Source of the DNA: an uncultured Candidatus Sumerlaeota bacterium
GTDB taxonomy: Bacteria > Sumerlaeota > Sumerlaeia > Sumerlaeales > Sumerlaeaceae
Direction: 5' to 3'
Assembly (NCBI GenBank): GCA_964444305.1
Contig: CAYUGQ010000001.1
Location: forward strand, 1 to 62,441
DNA length: 62,441 bases
The notes beneath the pieces are model-generated. The model was not told the origin of the DNA, did not search any database, and saw only the letters and a program-made list of their open reading frames with translations. Shown one piece after another: positions 19,424 through 29,399 of this stretch (position 1 is the first letter of the stretch; each line of letters starts with the position of its first letter). Both the position numbers and the translations under genes were made by a program.

Positions 19424-20496
19424 AGGCCCTGCTTAACTCCGAAGAAAAAAAACCGCTTTCCAATTTATCAAGCGCCGCCGAAAAACCACTGCTTGAAGTG
19501 CGGGGTCTTACAAAAACCTTTCACGTTAAAACCGGCTTTTTCAGTCGGCAGGAACAGGTTGTGCGGGCAGTGGATGATGTTACGTTTAATGTTTACGCCG
19601 GCGAAACGCTGGGCCTCGTGGGGGAGAGCGGCTGCGGTAAAACTACAGCCGGACGCATGATTATGCGCCTCATCGAACCAACCGCTGGCGAAATCATATA
19701 TAACACCGAAAGCAGCCGGATTGATCTGGGTCGATTAAAAGGGCAATCTCTTCGCCGCTTCCGCAGTAATGTGCAGATGATTTTTCAGGATCCGTACTCC
19801 TCTTTGAATCCGCGCATGCGCGTGAACGAGCTCATTGCCGAGCCGCTGTGGGCTTTACAACCAGAGCTGTCCGAACCTGAAGTGCGTGATCGGGTGGAAT
19901 GGATAGCCAAGGCCACCGGCCTTCAGACAGAGCATCTTTCCCGATATCCCCACGCGTTCAGCGGTGGACAACGCCAACGCATCTGCATTGCTCGGGCCCT
20001 TGTGGTACGCCCGCGACTGGTCGTTTGCGATGAACCAGTTTCCGCCCTCGACGTATCTGTTCGAGCGCAGATCATAAACCTTTTGAAAGATCTTCAGCAG
20101 GAGTTTGGTCTCACTTATATCTTCATCGCGCATGATCTCGCCGTGGTTGAGAACATCTCCACCCGCGTCGCCGTCATGTATGCCGGACGCATCGTAGAAA
20201 TTACCGATACAGACTCCCTGTATCGCAAACCACTGCATCCGTACACCGATGCCCTGTTACAGGCTGTGCCTACTCCCGACCCCTTTCATCGGCGCGATCT
20301 GGCGCCGTTGTCCGGAGAAATCGCTGAGGCCAGCAATCTACCTCCCGGATGCAGTTTCCATCCCCGCTGTCCACTTTGCATCGATGACTGCAAGACCGGG
20401 GTGCCTCCATTGCGCGAAATTGTCACAAACCATCAGTCGGCATGTCATCGGGCAGAATTGCTATTGGAAACGAATGGCAAGACAAGAACCCGTTGA
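19420..20496 (+). CDS. ABC transporter ATP-binding protein (OppF/DppF-like)
   Basis: Walker [10 protein letters not shown], signature FSGGQRQR, Walker [10 protein letters not shown]. The ATG at 19420 forms an ATGA overlap with the upstream stop, so the longer ORF from 19336 is unlikely. Confidence 0.9.
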   Translation: MKALLNSEEKKPLSNLSSAAEKPLLEVRGLTKTFHVKTGFFSRQEQVVRAVDDVTFNVYAGETLGLVGESGCGKTTAGRMIMRLIEPTAGEIIYNTESSRIDLGRLKGQSLRRFRSNVQMIFQDPYSSLNPRMRVNELIAEPLWALQPELSEPEVRDRVEWIAKATGLQTEHLSRYPHAFSGGQRQRICIARALVVRPRLVVCDEPVSALDVSVRAQIINLLKDLQQEFGLTYIFIAHDLAVVENISTRVAVMYAGRIVEITDTDSLYRKPLHPYTDALLQAVPTPDPFHRRDLAPLSGEIAEASNLPPGCSFHPRCPLCIDDCKTGVPPLREIVTNHQSACHRAELLLETNGKTRTR

Positions 20497-20518
20497 GAAT
20501 TCGCCCGCCTGCTGAAAA

Positions 20519-21727
20519 TCAGTCTTCTGATTTCCCGTCAGAGGCCATCAGCACTATCTTCGGATGAAACGCTGCCACCCGTTCTACCAAATCGGTTTGC
20601 GCTGCCATTACCTCATCAATATTCTTATAGGCCATAGGCGCTTCGTCTACGCCGGCAGAAAGTAATTCGACCCCCTTGTCGGCCAGGTATTTTTTTATCT
20701 CGCTTTTCGTAATGGCCAGCTTAGCCGCCTTTCGGCTTAAGCGTCTCCCAGCCCCGTGCGAGGCAGAATTCAGGCTTGTTTCATTGCCTTTGCCGCGCAC
20801 CACATAGCCGGGATCAGCCATGGTGCCCGGAATGACCCCCAATACGCCTTCGCCCGCCGGAGTCGCTCCTTTGCGGTGAACTACCAGTTGCTCGCCGCCA
20901 TGCTCTTCCAGCCATGCGAAGTTATGATGATTCTCTACCTGAACCGCCGGTTCCAGACCCGCTGCCCCAAGCACTGTTCTGTGGATTAGGTCGTGATTAG
21001 CCGACGCGTAATCACCCGCCAGGTTCATGGCATTCCAGTAGGCCTGGCCGGCTTCGGAATCCAGATCAAGCCATGCCAGATGGCGATATGGCGACGGCAG
21101 TGGATGACGCGCCATGGCTTCTTTTGTAAAGTAATCCGCAATGCTCGCCCCCAAGCCGCGCGAGCCGGAATGAGACAGCAGCGCCAGGTAGGTTCCCGCC
21201 TCAAGACCCAGATCAGGTTTCGGTAAATGTAGCTCGCCCCATTCCACAAAGTGATTTCCGCTTCCAGATGATCCCAATTGGGACCAGGCTTTGTCCCGAT
21301 GGCGGCGCAGCGATTTCGGCAAGTCGTCCCACCGCGGAGAAAGCATTACTTCATGATCTCGGCGATCCCGCCCGGAAAATTTCGCTCCAATGCCAAAACG
21401 CGTTTCCGCTGTCAGGGTCTTTTTGAGGCGGTCGCGCCATCCCGTCAACCGCGACGCACTTTCCGGCATTATAGAAAGTTTCATGCGGCAGCCGATATCC
21501 ACGCCAACTCCATAGGGAATCACCGCATTACGACAGGCCAGAACGCCGCCAATAGGCAGGCCATAGCCCACATGTCCATCCGGCATCTGCGCTCCGCGCA
21601 CGGCCACCGGAAGTTGACACGCCCGGTGCATCTGTTGCAAAGTCTCTTCGTCTAAATCACCAGTGTCCCAAATCTCATAAGGCACCGGTTCTTCTCTAAT
21701 TGCGATTTCCATACTATAACCATACAT
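20519..21727 (-). CDS. rtcB: RtcB-family RNA 3'-phosphate ligase
   Basis: MPDGHVGYG...GVDIGCRM...GSGNHFVE...HSGSRGLG...ENHHNFAW...HRKGATPA are the RtcB metal- and GMP-binding motifs. Confidence 0.92.
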   Translation of the reverse strand: MYGYSMEIAIREEPVPYEIWDTGDLDEETLQQMHRACQLPVAVRGAQMPDGHVGYGLPIGGVLACRNAVIPYGVGVDIGCRMKLSIMPESASRLTGWRDRLKKTLTAETRFGIGAKFSGRDRRDHEVMLSPRWDDLPKSLRRHRDKAWSQLGSSGSGNHFVEWGELHLPKPDLGLEAGTYLALLSHSGSRGLGASIADYFTKEAMARHPLPSPYRHLAWLDLDSEAGQAYWNAMNLAGDYASANHDLIHRTVLGAAGLEPAVQVENHHNFAWLEEHGGEQLVVHRKGATPAGEGVLGVIPGTMADPGYVVRGKGNETSLNSASHGAGRRLSRKAAKLAITKSEIKKYLADKGVELLSAGVDEAPMAYKNIDEVMAAQTDLVERVAAFHPKIVLMASDGKSED

Positions 21728-21837
21728 GATAGTCAGGCGTTATGATCAAATGACAGCCCCCTGACGCCACTGCAAAGAGCACCCTCATCCGTAGCCGGAA
21801 AAAATAATCCCGCAAGGCGCGGTTAAAGTCTGTAATC

Positions 21838-23577
21838 ATGAAACCAATCCAGCAGCTAATCTCCGATGCCTTCCGTCAGGCTATTCAGAACGCCCTTTCT
21901 CTAGATGCGGAACCCATGGTGGCTCCCGCACAGAATCCGAAATTTGGCGATTACCAGTGTAATGCGGCCATGGGCCTGGTCCGGTCCGTGTCTAAACAGA
22001 CCGGTACCAAGGCCAATCCACGTCAGATAGCTGAGCAGATTAAAGCCGCCGCAGAGCCGCTGTTGCAGGATATGGCATCCGAGCTTTCCATCGCCGGACC
22101 CGGATTTATCAATGTAAGATTAAAATCGGATTGGCTCGCCGATCGGGTCGCGTCCGCACGTAATAATGCCCGTTTTGATTTGCCCTTAACAGAGACCCCG
22201 CAAACCGTAGTCGTCGATTACTCCGGGCCCAATATCGCCAAGCAGATGCACGTTGGCCATTTGCGCAGCACCATCATTGGGGACTGCATCGCGCGCGTGC
22301 TGGAGTTTCGCGGTGATAACGTTATTCGTCAAAATCACCTGGGCGACTGGGGAACCCAATTCGGTATGCTAATTACTCACCTGCGCACTGCCGGTGCTGC
22401 GGGCGGAGATTCTCACATCGAGGATCTGGAAGACTTTTATCGTCAGGCAAAAGAACGGTTTGATAACGAGCCGGGTTTTCAGGATAAAGCGCGAGAAACC
22501 GTCGTCGCCCTTCAGTCTGGCGGCCAGGAAGAGCTGGCTTTATGGTCAAAAATCGTCGATGAAACCCGTCGACATTTCCAACCTCTTTATGAAATGCTGG
22601 GTGTTTCGCTCACTCCCGAACACGAGCGCGGTGAGTCTTTCTATAACCCTTTTCTACCGGAAGTGGTTGCCCAGCTTCTGGAGAAAAACGTCGCCCAAAA
22701 AAGCGAAGGCGCCGTGGTGATTTTCACGGAAGGCTACGAGTCTCCCCTCATAATTGAGAAAAGCGGCGGCGGTTATCTCTATGGAACAACCGACCTCGCG
22801 TCGATCCGCTTCCGCACGACGGAGCTGAAAGCACGCCGGCTAATCTACGTCCACGACAGCCGCCAGAGCCAGCATTTTGCCCAAGTGTTTGATGCAGCCC
22901 GCCGGGCCGGCTGGGCTGATGGTGTGACTCTCGAGTTTGCGCCTTTTGGCACCATGCTTGGAGAAGATGGGCGTCCCTTCAAAACCCGCTCTGGTGGCAC
23001 AGTTAAATTGCGCGAACTATTGGAAGAGGCTCAGCAACGCGCCTTTGCTTTGGTCACTGAAAAGAATGCTAATTTAGACGAGTCACTCCGCCGTGAAATT
23101 GCCAGAGCTGTAGGCATTGGCGCCGTCAAATACGCTGACCTCTCCAAAGATCGCACTGGCGATTACGTGTTCACCTGGGATAAGATGATGAGCATGGACG
23201 GCAACACCGGTCCTTATCTGCAATACGCTCTCACCCGCATCCGTTCTATATTTCGGAAAGCCGAAACCACCGCAGAACAGTTCGCGGCTTCTGAAAGGGC
23301 CATTGCACTTGAAAACCCCTTCGAGCGAGCTCTCGCGCTACAGATTCTGAAGCTGGCCGAAGCGCTGGAAGTCGTTGCCCGCGAGCTCAAGCCTCATCAT
23401 CTTTGCACCTATCTCTATGATCTCGCCACAGCGTTTAATGGCTTCTATGAGAACTGCCCGGTTTTGCATAGCGAAGGTAGCACTCGCGAAAGTCGTCTGG
23501 CTTTGTGCAGCGCCACGGCCCGGGCCATGGATAAAGGTCTGGAGCTTCTCGGCATCCCTCGCCTTCAGCAAATGTAA
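21838..23577 (+). CDS. argS: Arginine--tRNA ligase
   Basis: HIGH-type motif NIAKQMHVGHLRS, 579 aa, with a class-I DALR anticodon-binding tail. Confidence 0.95.
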   Translation: MKPIQQLISDAFRQAIQNALSLDAEPMVAPAQNPKFGDYQCNAAMGLVRSVSKQTGTKANPRQIAEQIKAAAEPLLQDMASELSIAGPGFINVRLKSDWLADRVASARNNARFDLPLTETPQTVVVDYSGPNIAKQMHVGHLRSTIIGDCIARVLEFRGDNVIRQNHLGDWGTQFGMLITHLRTAGAAGGDSHIEDLEDFYRQAKERFDNEPGFQDKARETVVALQSGGQEELALWSKIVDETRRHFQPLYEMLGVSLTPEHERGESFYNPFLPEVVAQLLEKNVAQKSEGAVVIFTEGYESPLIIEKSGGGYLYGTTDLASIRFRTTELKARRLIYVHDSRQSQHFAQVFDAARRAGWADGVTLEFAPFGTMLGEDGRPFKTRSGGTVKLRELLEEAQQRAFALVTEKNANLDESLRREIARAVGIGAVKYADLSKDRTGDYVFTWDKMMSMDGNTGPYLQYALTRIRSIFRKAETTAEQFAASERAIALENPFERALALQILKLAEALEVVARELKPHHLCTYLYDLATAFNGFYENCPVLHSEGSTRESRLALCSATARAMDKGLELLGIPRLQQM

Positions 23578-24543
23578 TTAAGCAAAAGACCGACGGCCTT
23601 CAATCAGTCGTTGCATTATGATAAACATGAGCAGCAGTCCCGCGATAGCAATTTTCGTCCACCACGAGTTCAACGTGCCCTCAAAATCCACCGCGGAATT
23701 GATAATTCCAAATATCAGTACGCCTATAAACGTGCCGAACACTCCGCCGATGCCACCTGTGAGCAGCGTCCCCCCAATCACAACTGCGGCGATAGCGTCC
23801 AACTCCATGGCCACACCGGTGCCCGCATAACCGCTGAAGCTGTACATCGTATAAACCACCCCGGCCAAGGCCGAACAAAACCCGCTTACAGCATAAACGC
23901 CGACCCGGGTTTTGCCCACGGACACACCCATCAAAACTGACGCATCTTCATTTCCGCCAATAGCATAAACATTTCGGCCAAACGTCGTATAGCGGGCTAC
24001 AAACATTCCCGCGATTACCAACGCCAAGTAAATACATGGCACTACGCTGGCAATGGCATTTGGTCCGATACCAAAGCTTGTCGTCAGCAACTTGGAATAC
24101 CAGGGATGAGCCATCTGGACTGACTCCAAACTGATCACCAGCGCCAGTCCCCGAGCCATAAAAAGCCCCGCCAGAGTAACGAGAAAAGGCGGCAGTTTGA
24201 ATCCGTGGATAATCATCCCCATGGCCGCACCAAAAGCCGTTCCCCCTGCCAGGGCCAGGCCTGCCGCTGCTGCCGGATTCCAGCCATGATTGGTGATTAA
24301 AACCGCCGTCACGACGCTCACCAGGGCAATCATGGATCCTACCGATAGATCAATTCCGCCGGACAAAATCACAAACGTCATTCCCACAGCCGCGATCCCC
24401 AAAACGGCATTGTCCGAAAGAAAATTGATAAACACCTGCAGAGTGGCAAACCCCTCAAATCGTGTGGCTGCCGCCACATAAAGTACAACACAGACCAGCA
24501 CCGTAGCATAACGAGGCAATGAGCTCCTACTGATCAGCTTCAT
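23578..24543 (-). CDS. yjfF: Sugar ABC transporter permease, YjfF-like (galactofuranose-type)
   Basis: Close motif-by-motif resemblance to E. coli YjfF as I recall it: GMTFVILSGGIDLSVGS, VYAIGGN, ELDAIAAVVIGGTLLTGG, GTLNSWWTKIAI. Confidence 0.85.
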   Translation of the reverse strand: MKLISRSSLPRYATVLVCVVLYVAAATRFEGFATLQVFINFLSDNAVLGIAAVGMTFVILSGGIDLSVGSMIALVSVVTAVLITNHGWNPAAAAGLALAGGTAFGAAMGMIIHGFKLPPFLVTLAGLFMARGLALVISLESVQMAHPWYSKLLTTSFGIGPNAIASVVPCIYLALVIAGMFVARYTTFGRNVYAIGGNEDASVLMGVSVGKTRVGVYAVSGFCSALAGVVYTMYSFSGYAGTGVAMELDAIAAVVIGGTLLTGGIGGVFGTFIGVLIFGIINSAVDFEGTLNSWWTKIAIAGLLLMFIIMQRLIEGRRSFA

Positions 24544-25529
24544 GCTTTCGTTTCCCTCCGACGAAACCCGCTAAATAGCTTCTGACGCGTGACCGGTGAC
24601 TGGAGAATGCAGACAAGAAGAATCACTGACGCCTTAACTACCTGCGTCCATTCCATCTGGATCCCCCGCGCCAGGATCGTTGTTGTAAGCGCCTGCATAA
24701 GCAATGCCCCCACAACTGAACCAATCAGCGTAAATCGTCCGCCGGTTAAAGCAGTCCCACCGATCACAACCGCAAGAATTGCATCCAGCTCTGCATAAAG
24801 CCCAGCCGTATTTGCGTCCGCTGTTCGAATGTCTGAGGCAGCCAATACGCCCGCCATAGCTGCACACATTCCCGACGAAGCGTAAGCAAAAAGTAATGTC
24901 CCCGGCACCGGCAAGCCGCTCAGTCTGCTGGCTCGCGGACTGTTTCCTACGGATTCCAGATACAGGCCGAGCGCTGTCCGTCGGGTCAGGCTGCCCATCA
25001 TCAGCAGCATAAGCAGAACCAGCGTCACGCTAAACGGAAACGCTAAGAAGAAGCCATTGCCGAGATACTCGATGAAACCATTGGAAAAAGCCAGAGGTTG
25101 TCCGTCGGTCAAAAGCTGCGCCACACCCCTTCCGCTCACCATCAGGATCAATGTTGCCACAATGGGCTGGATCCCGATGAACGCCACCAGACCCCCATTA
25201 ATTAATCCTGCCAAAATACCGGCGCCCAGCGATGCCGCGAGCGCGGCTGGCCCGGTCATTCCAGCATTCAGACAAAGCGCGGCAACCGCACCGGAAATGG
25301 CCATCACCGATCCAACACTCAGATCAATGCCACCCGTCGAAATAACCAGCGTCATACCTAAAGCCATCAAAGTCACGGGAGCAGCCCGATCAAGCACATC
25401 GATCAAACTGCCATAGAAATAGCCGTTACGAAACTCGATGTCGAAAAATCCCGGGGTAAAAAGGGCATTCAAGCCAAGCAACAGTCCTAGCGCAGCCAAC
25501 GCCCAGATTACATTTTGATTTTTCATCAA
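24540..25529 (-). CDS. ytfT: Sugar ABC transporter permease, YtfT-like
   Basis: GMTLVISTGGIDLSVGSVMA and ELDAILAVVIGGTALTGGRF motifs. ATGA overlap with yjfF. Confidence 0.85.
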   Translation of the reverse strand: MMKNQNVIWALAALGLLLGLNALFTPGFFDIEFRNGYFYGSLIDVLDRAAPVTLMALGMTLVISTGGIDLSVGSVMAISGAVAALCLNAGMTGPAALAASLGAGILAGLINGGLVAFIGIQPIVATLILMVSGRGVAQLLTDGQPLAFSNGFIEYLGNGFFLAFPFSVTLVLLMLLMMGSLTRRTALGLYLESVGNSPRASRLSGLPVPGTLLFAYASSGMCAAMAGVLAASDIRTADANTAGLYAELDAILAVVIGGTALTGGRFTLIGSVVGALLMQALTTTILARGIQMEWTQVVKASVILLVCILQSPVTRQKLFSGFRRRETKA

Positions 25530-25628
25530 ACAAGGAGCCTTAAGATTGGTTGTCGCGTGTAAAAGCGCTGATTCTTCTCAGAAAATCTGACGGTGGGGGT
25601 CAAGGCAAATCAGGGTTGCCTTCACCCG

Positions 25629-28010
25629 CTAAGATTGCAAACCCGGGCTTTTAACCTCTCGAAGCAGCCGTAGCCCATTTAAACACACCAACACCGTGCT
25701 ACCCTCATGCCCAAGCACACCCAAGCTTAATTTCAGCTCAAATCCAAGAGCTATAACTACCAGTACCAATACCACGCTAATCGAGAAAATTAGGTTCTGG
25801 CCAATCACCCGTCGTGCCTTTCTTGCCGTCTGCAGAAAAACTGGCACCTGCTCAATATCATGAGCCATAAGCACCACATCCGCTGTCTCCATTGCCACAT
25901 CTGTCCCCGCCGCTCCCATTGCCGCCCCAAGATTTGCCGCCGCCAAGGCAGGGGCATCATTAATTCCGTCTCCTACCATCATCACTGGTGTATTTCGGGA
26001 CAGTTCACGGATCACCCGGACCTTTTCTTCAGGCATTAAGCCGCCATAAACAATGTCAATTCCGGCCTCCGCGGCCACAGCATTCGCCACACCGGGAGTG
26101 TCTCCACTGACCATTACGATTTGCTCAATTCCCATTTGCCGCAATCGGGCGATAGCTCCTTTCGCCTCAGGTCGCAGCACATCTTGCAGACCAAACAGCC
26201 CCAGTGCGCTTACTTTCCCTCCATCGTCACGGGCCACCGCGATTACCGTCTTACCTTCCATCTCCAGCCGTTTGGCGTGCGATTTCATTTCGTCCAGGTT
26301 GGAGCATTCCCTTTCACGCATAAGCTTAATGCTGCCAAACACAATACGAGTGCCATCATGCAGAATCGCTTCCCCACCCCGCCCGGTAATGCTGTTGTAA
26401 TGCCGAAGTGGACGCAATTCAATATCCTGACGGCGGGCCTCCTGAATTACTGCAATAGCCAGTGGATGCTCGCTGCGACCTTCCGCCTCTGCCGTCATAC
26501 GAATCAGCTTCCGTTTGGCTTCTTCCCCGACGTCAGAGCCGATCACGTTCACGTCTGTTACCACGGGCCGGCCAATTGTCAGGGTACCGGTTTTATCAAA
26601 AGCCACAGCCCCTATATCCGCGCCATCCTCCAGGTGACGCCCACCCTTTACTAGAATTCCCCGCCGCCCGAGGCCGGCAATGGCCGACAAGATCGCCGCC
26701 GGTGTGCTTAGAACTAGCGCGCAAGGCGATGCCACTACTAACACGGTGATCGCCCGATAAAATGCTGCCGTACCTTCAACGTCAGAAACCAGCGGGGGGA
26801 TAACCGCCAGACCAATGGTCAGGGCAATTATAACCACCGCATAATATTGCTCTGCCCGTTCCAGAAAATGTTGCGTAACTGCCTTTTCCGACTGAGCACT
26901 TTCAACTAGACTGATCATTCTTGCAAGAGTGGAGTCACTGGCAGGTCGTGTAACCCGCACCTCCAGGCTTCCCTCTTGATTTAATGTCCCAGCAAATACC
27001 GAATCACCTGGGGCCTTCTCCACGGGGATCGACTCGCCAGTCACTGACGCCTGATTCATACTTCCAAATCCTGAAACTACCTCGCCGTCCAACGGAACTC
27101 GATCCCCGGGTCTCAACACAATTATCTCCCCCGGCGAAATCTGCTCCACCGGTGTCTCAACCAGTCCGACGTCAGTTTTCAGTTGGGCAATTGGCGGCCG
27201 CAGATCCAGCAGGGAAGCTATGGCCCCTCGGGCTTTTCCGACAGCCATGTCCTGCAAAAGATTACTTAAGGAAAATAAAAACAGCAGCAGCGCTCCTTCT
27301 CCCGGCGCATTGATCATTGCTGCGCCAATCGCCGCCAATATCATGAGCACGTCCACATCGATTACCTTTAACCGCAGGCTGCTGATGGAAGCTCTGAGGC
27401 CCGAATACCCTCCCAGCACATAGGCAGAAATCCACGCCAAACTGGTAAATACAGCAGGGATAGCTTCTGTCCGGCTCAAGGCAAAACCCGCCGCAATAGC
27501 TACCCCCGCCCCGATGACCATAATCTTTTGCCACCGGGTTGAGTCCAGCTCAGCAAGAAAGCGGTGCCAATACGACAGGAATTCCGAGCTTGTTTCCAGC
27601 GGGACACCGATTTGCCGCACCCGCTGCACGAGTTCCTCCAGCCCCAACTGTGTCTTGTCAAAAACCACCGACACGGAACCATGGTTAAAGCTCACCGTGG
27701 CGTGTTTTACCCCTGAAACTTGTTGTAAGCGCTGTCGAATCCGGTCGCCACATGCTTCACAGGCGGTTCCTTGTAATGGCATAGTACATCGTGCCAAATG
27801 AGACTCAATAGTCTCTCCCGCCTCATTAACAAAAGCCCGCACTTCCCGTCGCGATATCTTTTCAGGGTCATAAGCAATGTCGACCTTTCCTGGCGAAGGC
27901 ACGCTGATGCAAACAATCCCCGGGTGAGCTCGCGCAATCTCATTCACATCATTAAGACAGGGTGGTCTGGATATGTCCGCATCGGATTGAAGACCCTTGA
28001 TTGTACTCAT
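25629..28010 (-). CDS. Heavy-metal P1B-type ATPase with SPC/HEGST (P1B-4-like, Co/Zn class) transmembrane signatures and N-terminal HMA-like domains
   Basis: DKTGTLT phosphorylation site, TGES, GDGINDAP, TM motif VVASPCALV, and C-terminal HEGSTVLVCLNG. The N-terminus has one degenerate HMA fold and one with CEAC. Confidence 0.9.
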   Translation of the reverse strand: MSTIKGLQSDADISRPPCLNDVNEIARAHPGIVCISVPSPGKVDIAYDPEKISRREVRAFVNEAGETIESHLARCTMPLQGTACEACGDRIRQRLQQVSGVKHATVSFNHGSVSVVFDKTQLGLEELVQRVRQIGVPLETSSEFLSYWHRFLAELDSTRWQKIMVIGAGVAIAAGFALSRTEAIPAVFTSLAWISAYVLGGYSGLRASISSLRLKVIDVDVLMILAAIGAAMINAPGEGALLLFLFSLSNLLQDMAVGKARGAIASLLDLRPPIAQLKTDVGLVETPVEQISPGEIIVLRPGDRVPLDGEVVSGFGSMNQASVTGESIPVEKAPGDSVFAGTLNQEGSLEVRVTRPASDSTLARMISLVESAQSEKAVTQHFLERAEQYYAVVIIALTIGLAVIPPLVSDVEGTAAFYRAITVLVVASPCALVLSTPAAILSAIAGLGRRGILVKGGRHLEDGADIGAVAFDKTGTLTIGRPVVTDVNVIGSDVGEEAKRKLIRMTAEAEGRSEHPLAIAVIQEARRQDIELRPLRHYNSITGRGGEAILHDGTRIVFGSIKLMRERECSNLDEMKSHAKRLEMEGKTVIAVARDDGGKVSALGLFGLQDVLRPEAKGAIARLRQMGIEQIVMVSGDTPGVANAVAAEAGIDIVYGGLMPEEKVRVIRELSRNTPVMMVGDGINDAPALAAANLGAAMGAAGTDVAMETADVVLMAHDIEQVPVFLQTARKARRVIGQNLIFSISVVLVLVVIALGFELKLSLGVLGHEGSTVLVCLNGLRLLREVKSPGLQS

Positions 28011-28211
28011 AGTAATTAACTAAGTCCGCAGCGCTAAATATTTGTAAAGTCAAACCACGCAAGTTATTATATTCTCCTTCTGCAATATCAGCCGCGCAAC
28101 GCTTTGCGTTTTCAAATGAATGCCACGAGACCCCTGTGGTCCAAATGCTAAACTCCTGCCCGATCAGGATCGCATCACTTACAATATTAAAACGAGGCTC
28201 CAAACAGCGTC

Positions 28212-29261
28212 ATGCCAAAGCTTTCTGTCGGTGTCATCGGCACCGGATCAATTGGAAATGTCCATCTTACAGGCTATGCTGCCGCCAGTCGCGATGTGCA
28301 GATTACGGCAATCTGCGATATCAACCAGAAGCGCCTGAATGAAATGGGTGAAAAATTTGGCGTCGCTCCCGAGCACCGTTATAAAGACTATCAAGTCATG
28401 CTTGAAAGTGAAACGCTGGATGCCGTCTCCGTCTGCCTGCCTAACAAATTTCATTACGAAGCTGCGGCTGCCGTCGTCAGCCGGAAAATTAATCTCCTGC
28501 TGGAAAAACCTGTTGTTCTTACCTTTGACGAAGCTCGCAAAATGCGTCGTCTGCTGGCGGATAACCCGGTAAAATTCATGGTGGCTTTCTCGCATCGCTT
28601 CTTCTACGCTAATAGTGCAGCAAAGAAGTTACTCCGCAAAGGGGTCATTGGCAAACCATACTCCATTCGAATCCGCTATGCCCACACCGGCCCCTACCCC
28701 GGCTGGGCCCAGGGGGATTGGTTCTACAAAAAAGCCATCGCCGGTGGCGGGGCCATGCTCGATATGGGGATTCATGCTATTGATATGGCGCAGGATCTTA
28801 TCGGCCCTATCCAGAGCGTTCAAGCCGAAGTCAGAACCCTCCGGAAGAAAATTCAAGTAGATGATAACGCCATTATGCTCGTCGATTTCGGGAAAGAAGC
28901 CGCTTGCCTGGGAACCCTTGAGGTCGGCTGGACAAGCCCCGCTGGCTACACCGGTATTGATATTTACGGGGATAACGGCAGCATTCGCCTGCCTCTGGGC
29001 GGACAAGGTATCGTCATCCGTGGCAAGCTGTCTCCGGACGGCACCCAGACCATCATCGAAGAAGAAATCAAAAATGACAAAGGGTCAGATCACTGGCCTG
29101 TCCAGATGGATCAGTGGGTGCGCCATTTGCGCGATAAAAAAACCGTCATTGATCTCCCGGGGTGGTACGAAGGCGAAAGCGCTCTCGCTGTAGCTCTGGC
29201 CGCCGGAGAAAGCAGTAAAACCGGCCGCCGTGTAAAAGTTAAACAGCCACCCAAAACCTGA
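28212..29261 (+). CDS. Gfo/Idh/MocA-family NAD(P)-dependent oxidoreductase
   Basis: Rossmann N-terminus LSVGVIGTGSIGNVHL plus the EKP motif (LLLEKPV). Confidence 0.88.
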   Translation: MPKLSVGVIGTGSIGNVHLTGYAAASRDVQITAICDINQKRLNEMGEKFGVAPEHRYKDYQVMLESETLDAVSVCLPNKFHYEAAAAVVSRKINLLLEKPVVLTFDEARKMRRLLADNPVKFMVAFSHRFFYANSAAKKLLRKGVIGKPYSIRIRYAHTGPYPGWAQGDWFYKKAIAGGGAMLDMGIHAIDMAQDLIGPIQSVQAEVRTLRKKIQVDDNAIMLVDFGKEAACLGTLEVGWTSPAGYTGIDIYGDNGSIRLPLGGQGIVIRGKLSPDGTQTIIEEEIKNDKGSDHWPVQMDQWVRHLRDKKTVIDLPGWYEGESALAVALAAGESSKTGRRVKVKQPPKT

Positions 29262-29399
29262 TCCGGTTTCACCTCCCTGGTCTTCGTCGTTTAAAATTTG
29301 CTTCAGGCCAGTAAGGGATTGGAATGTCGTTGAATGTGAACACACCCCCGCTTTTCGTTTTACTGCATTTCAACAACTCATCCTGGAGATAGGTTTTTA

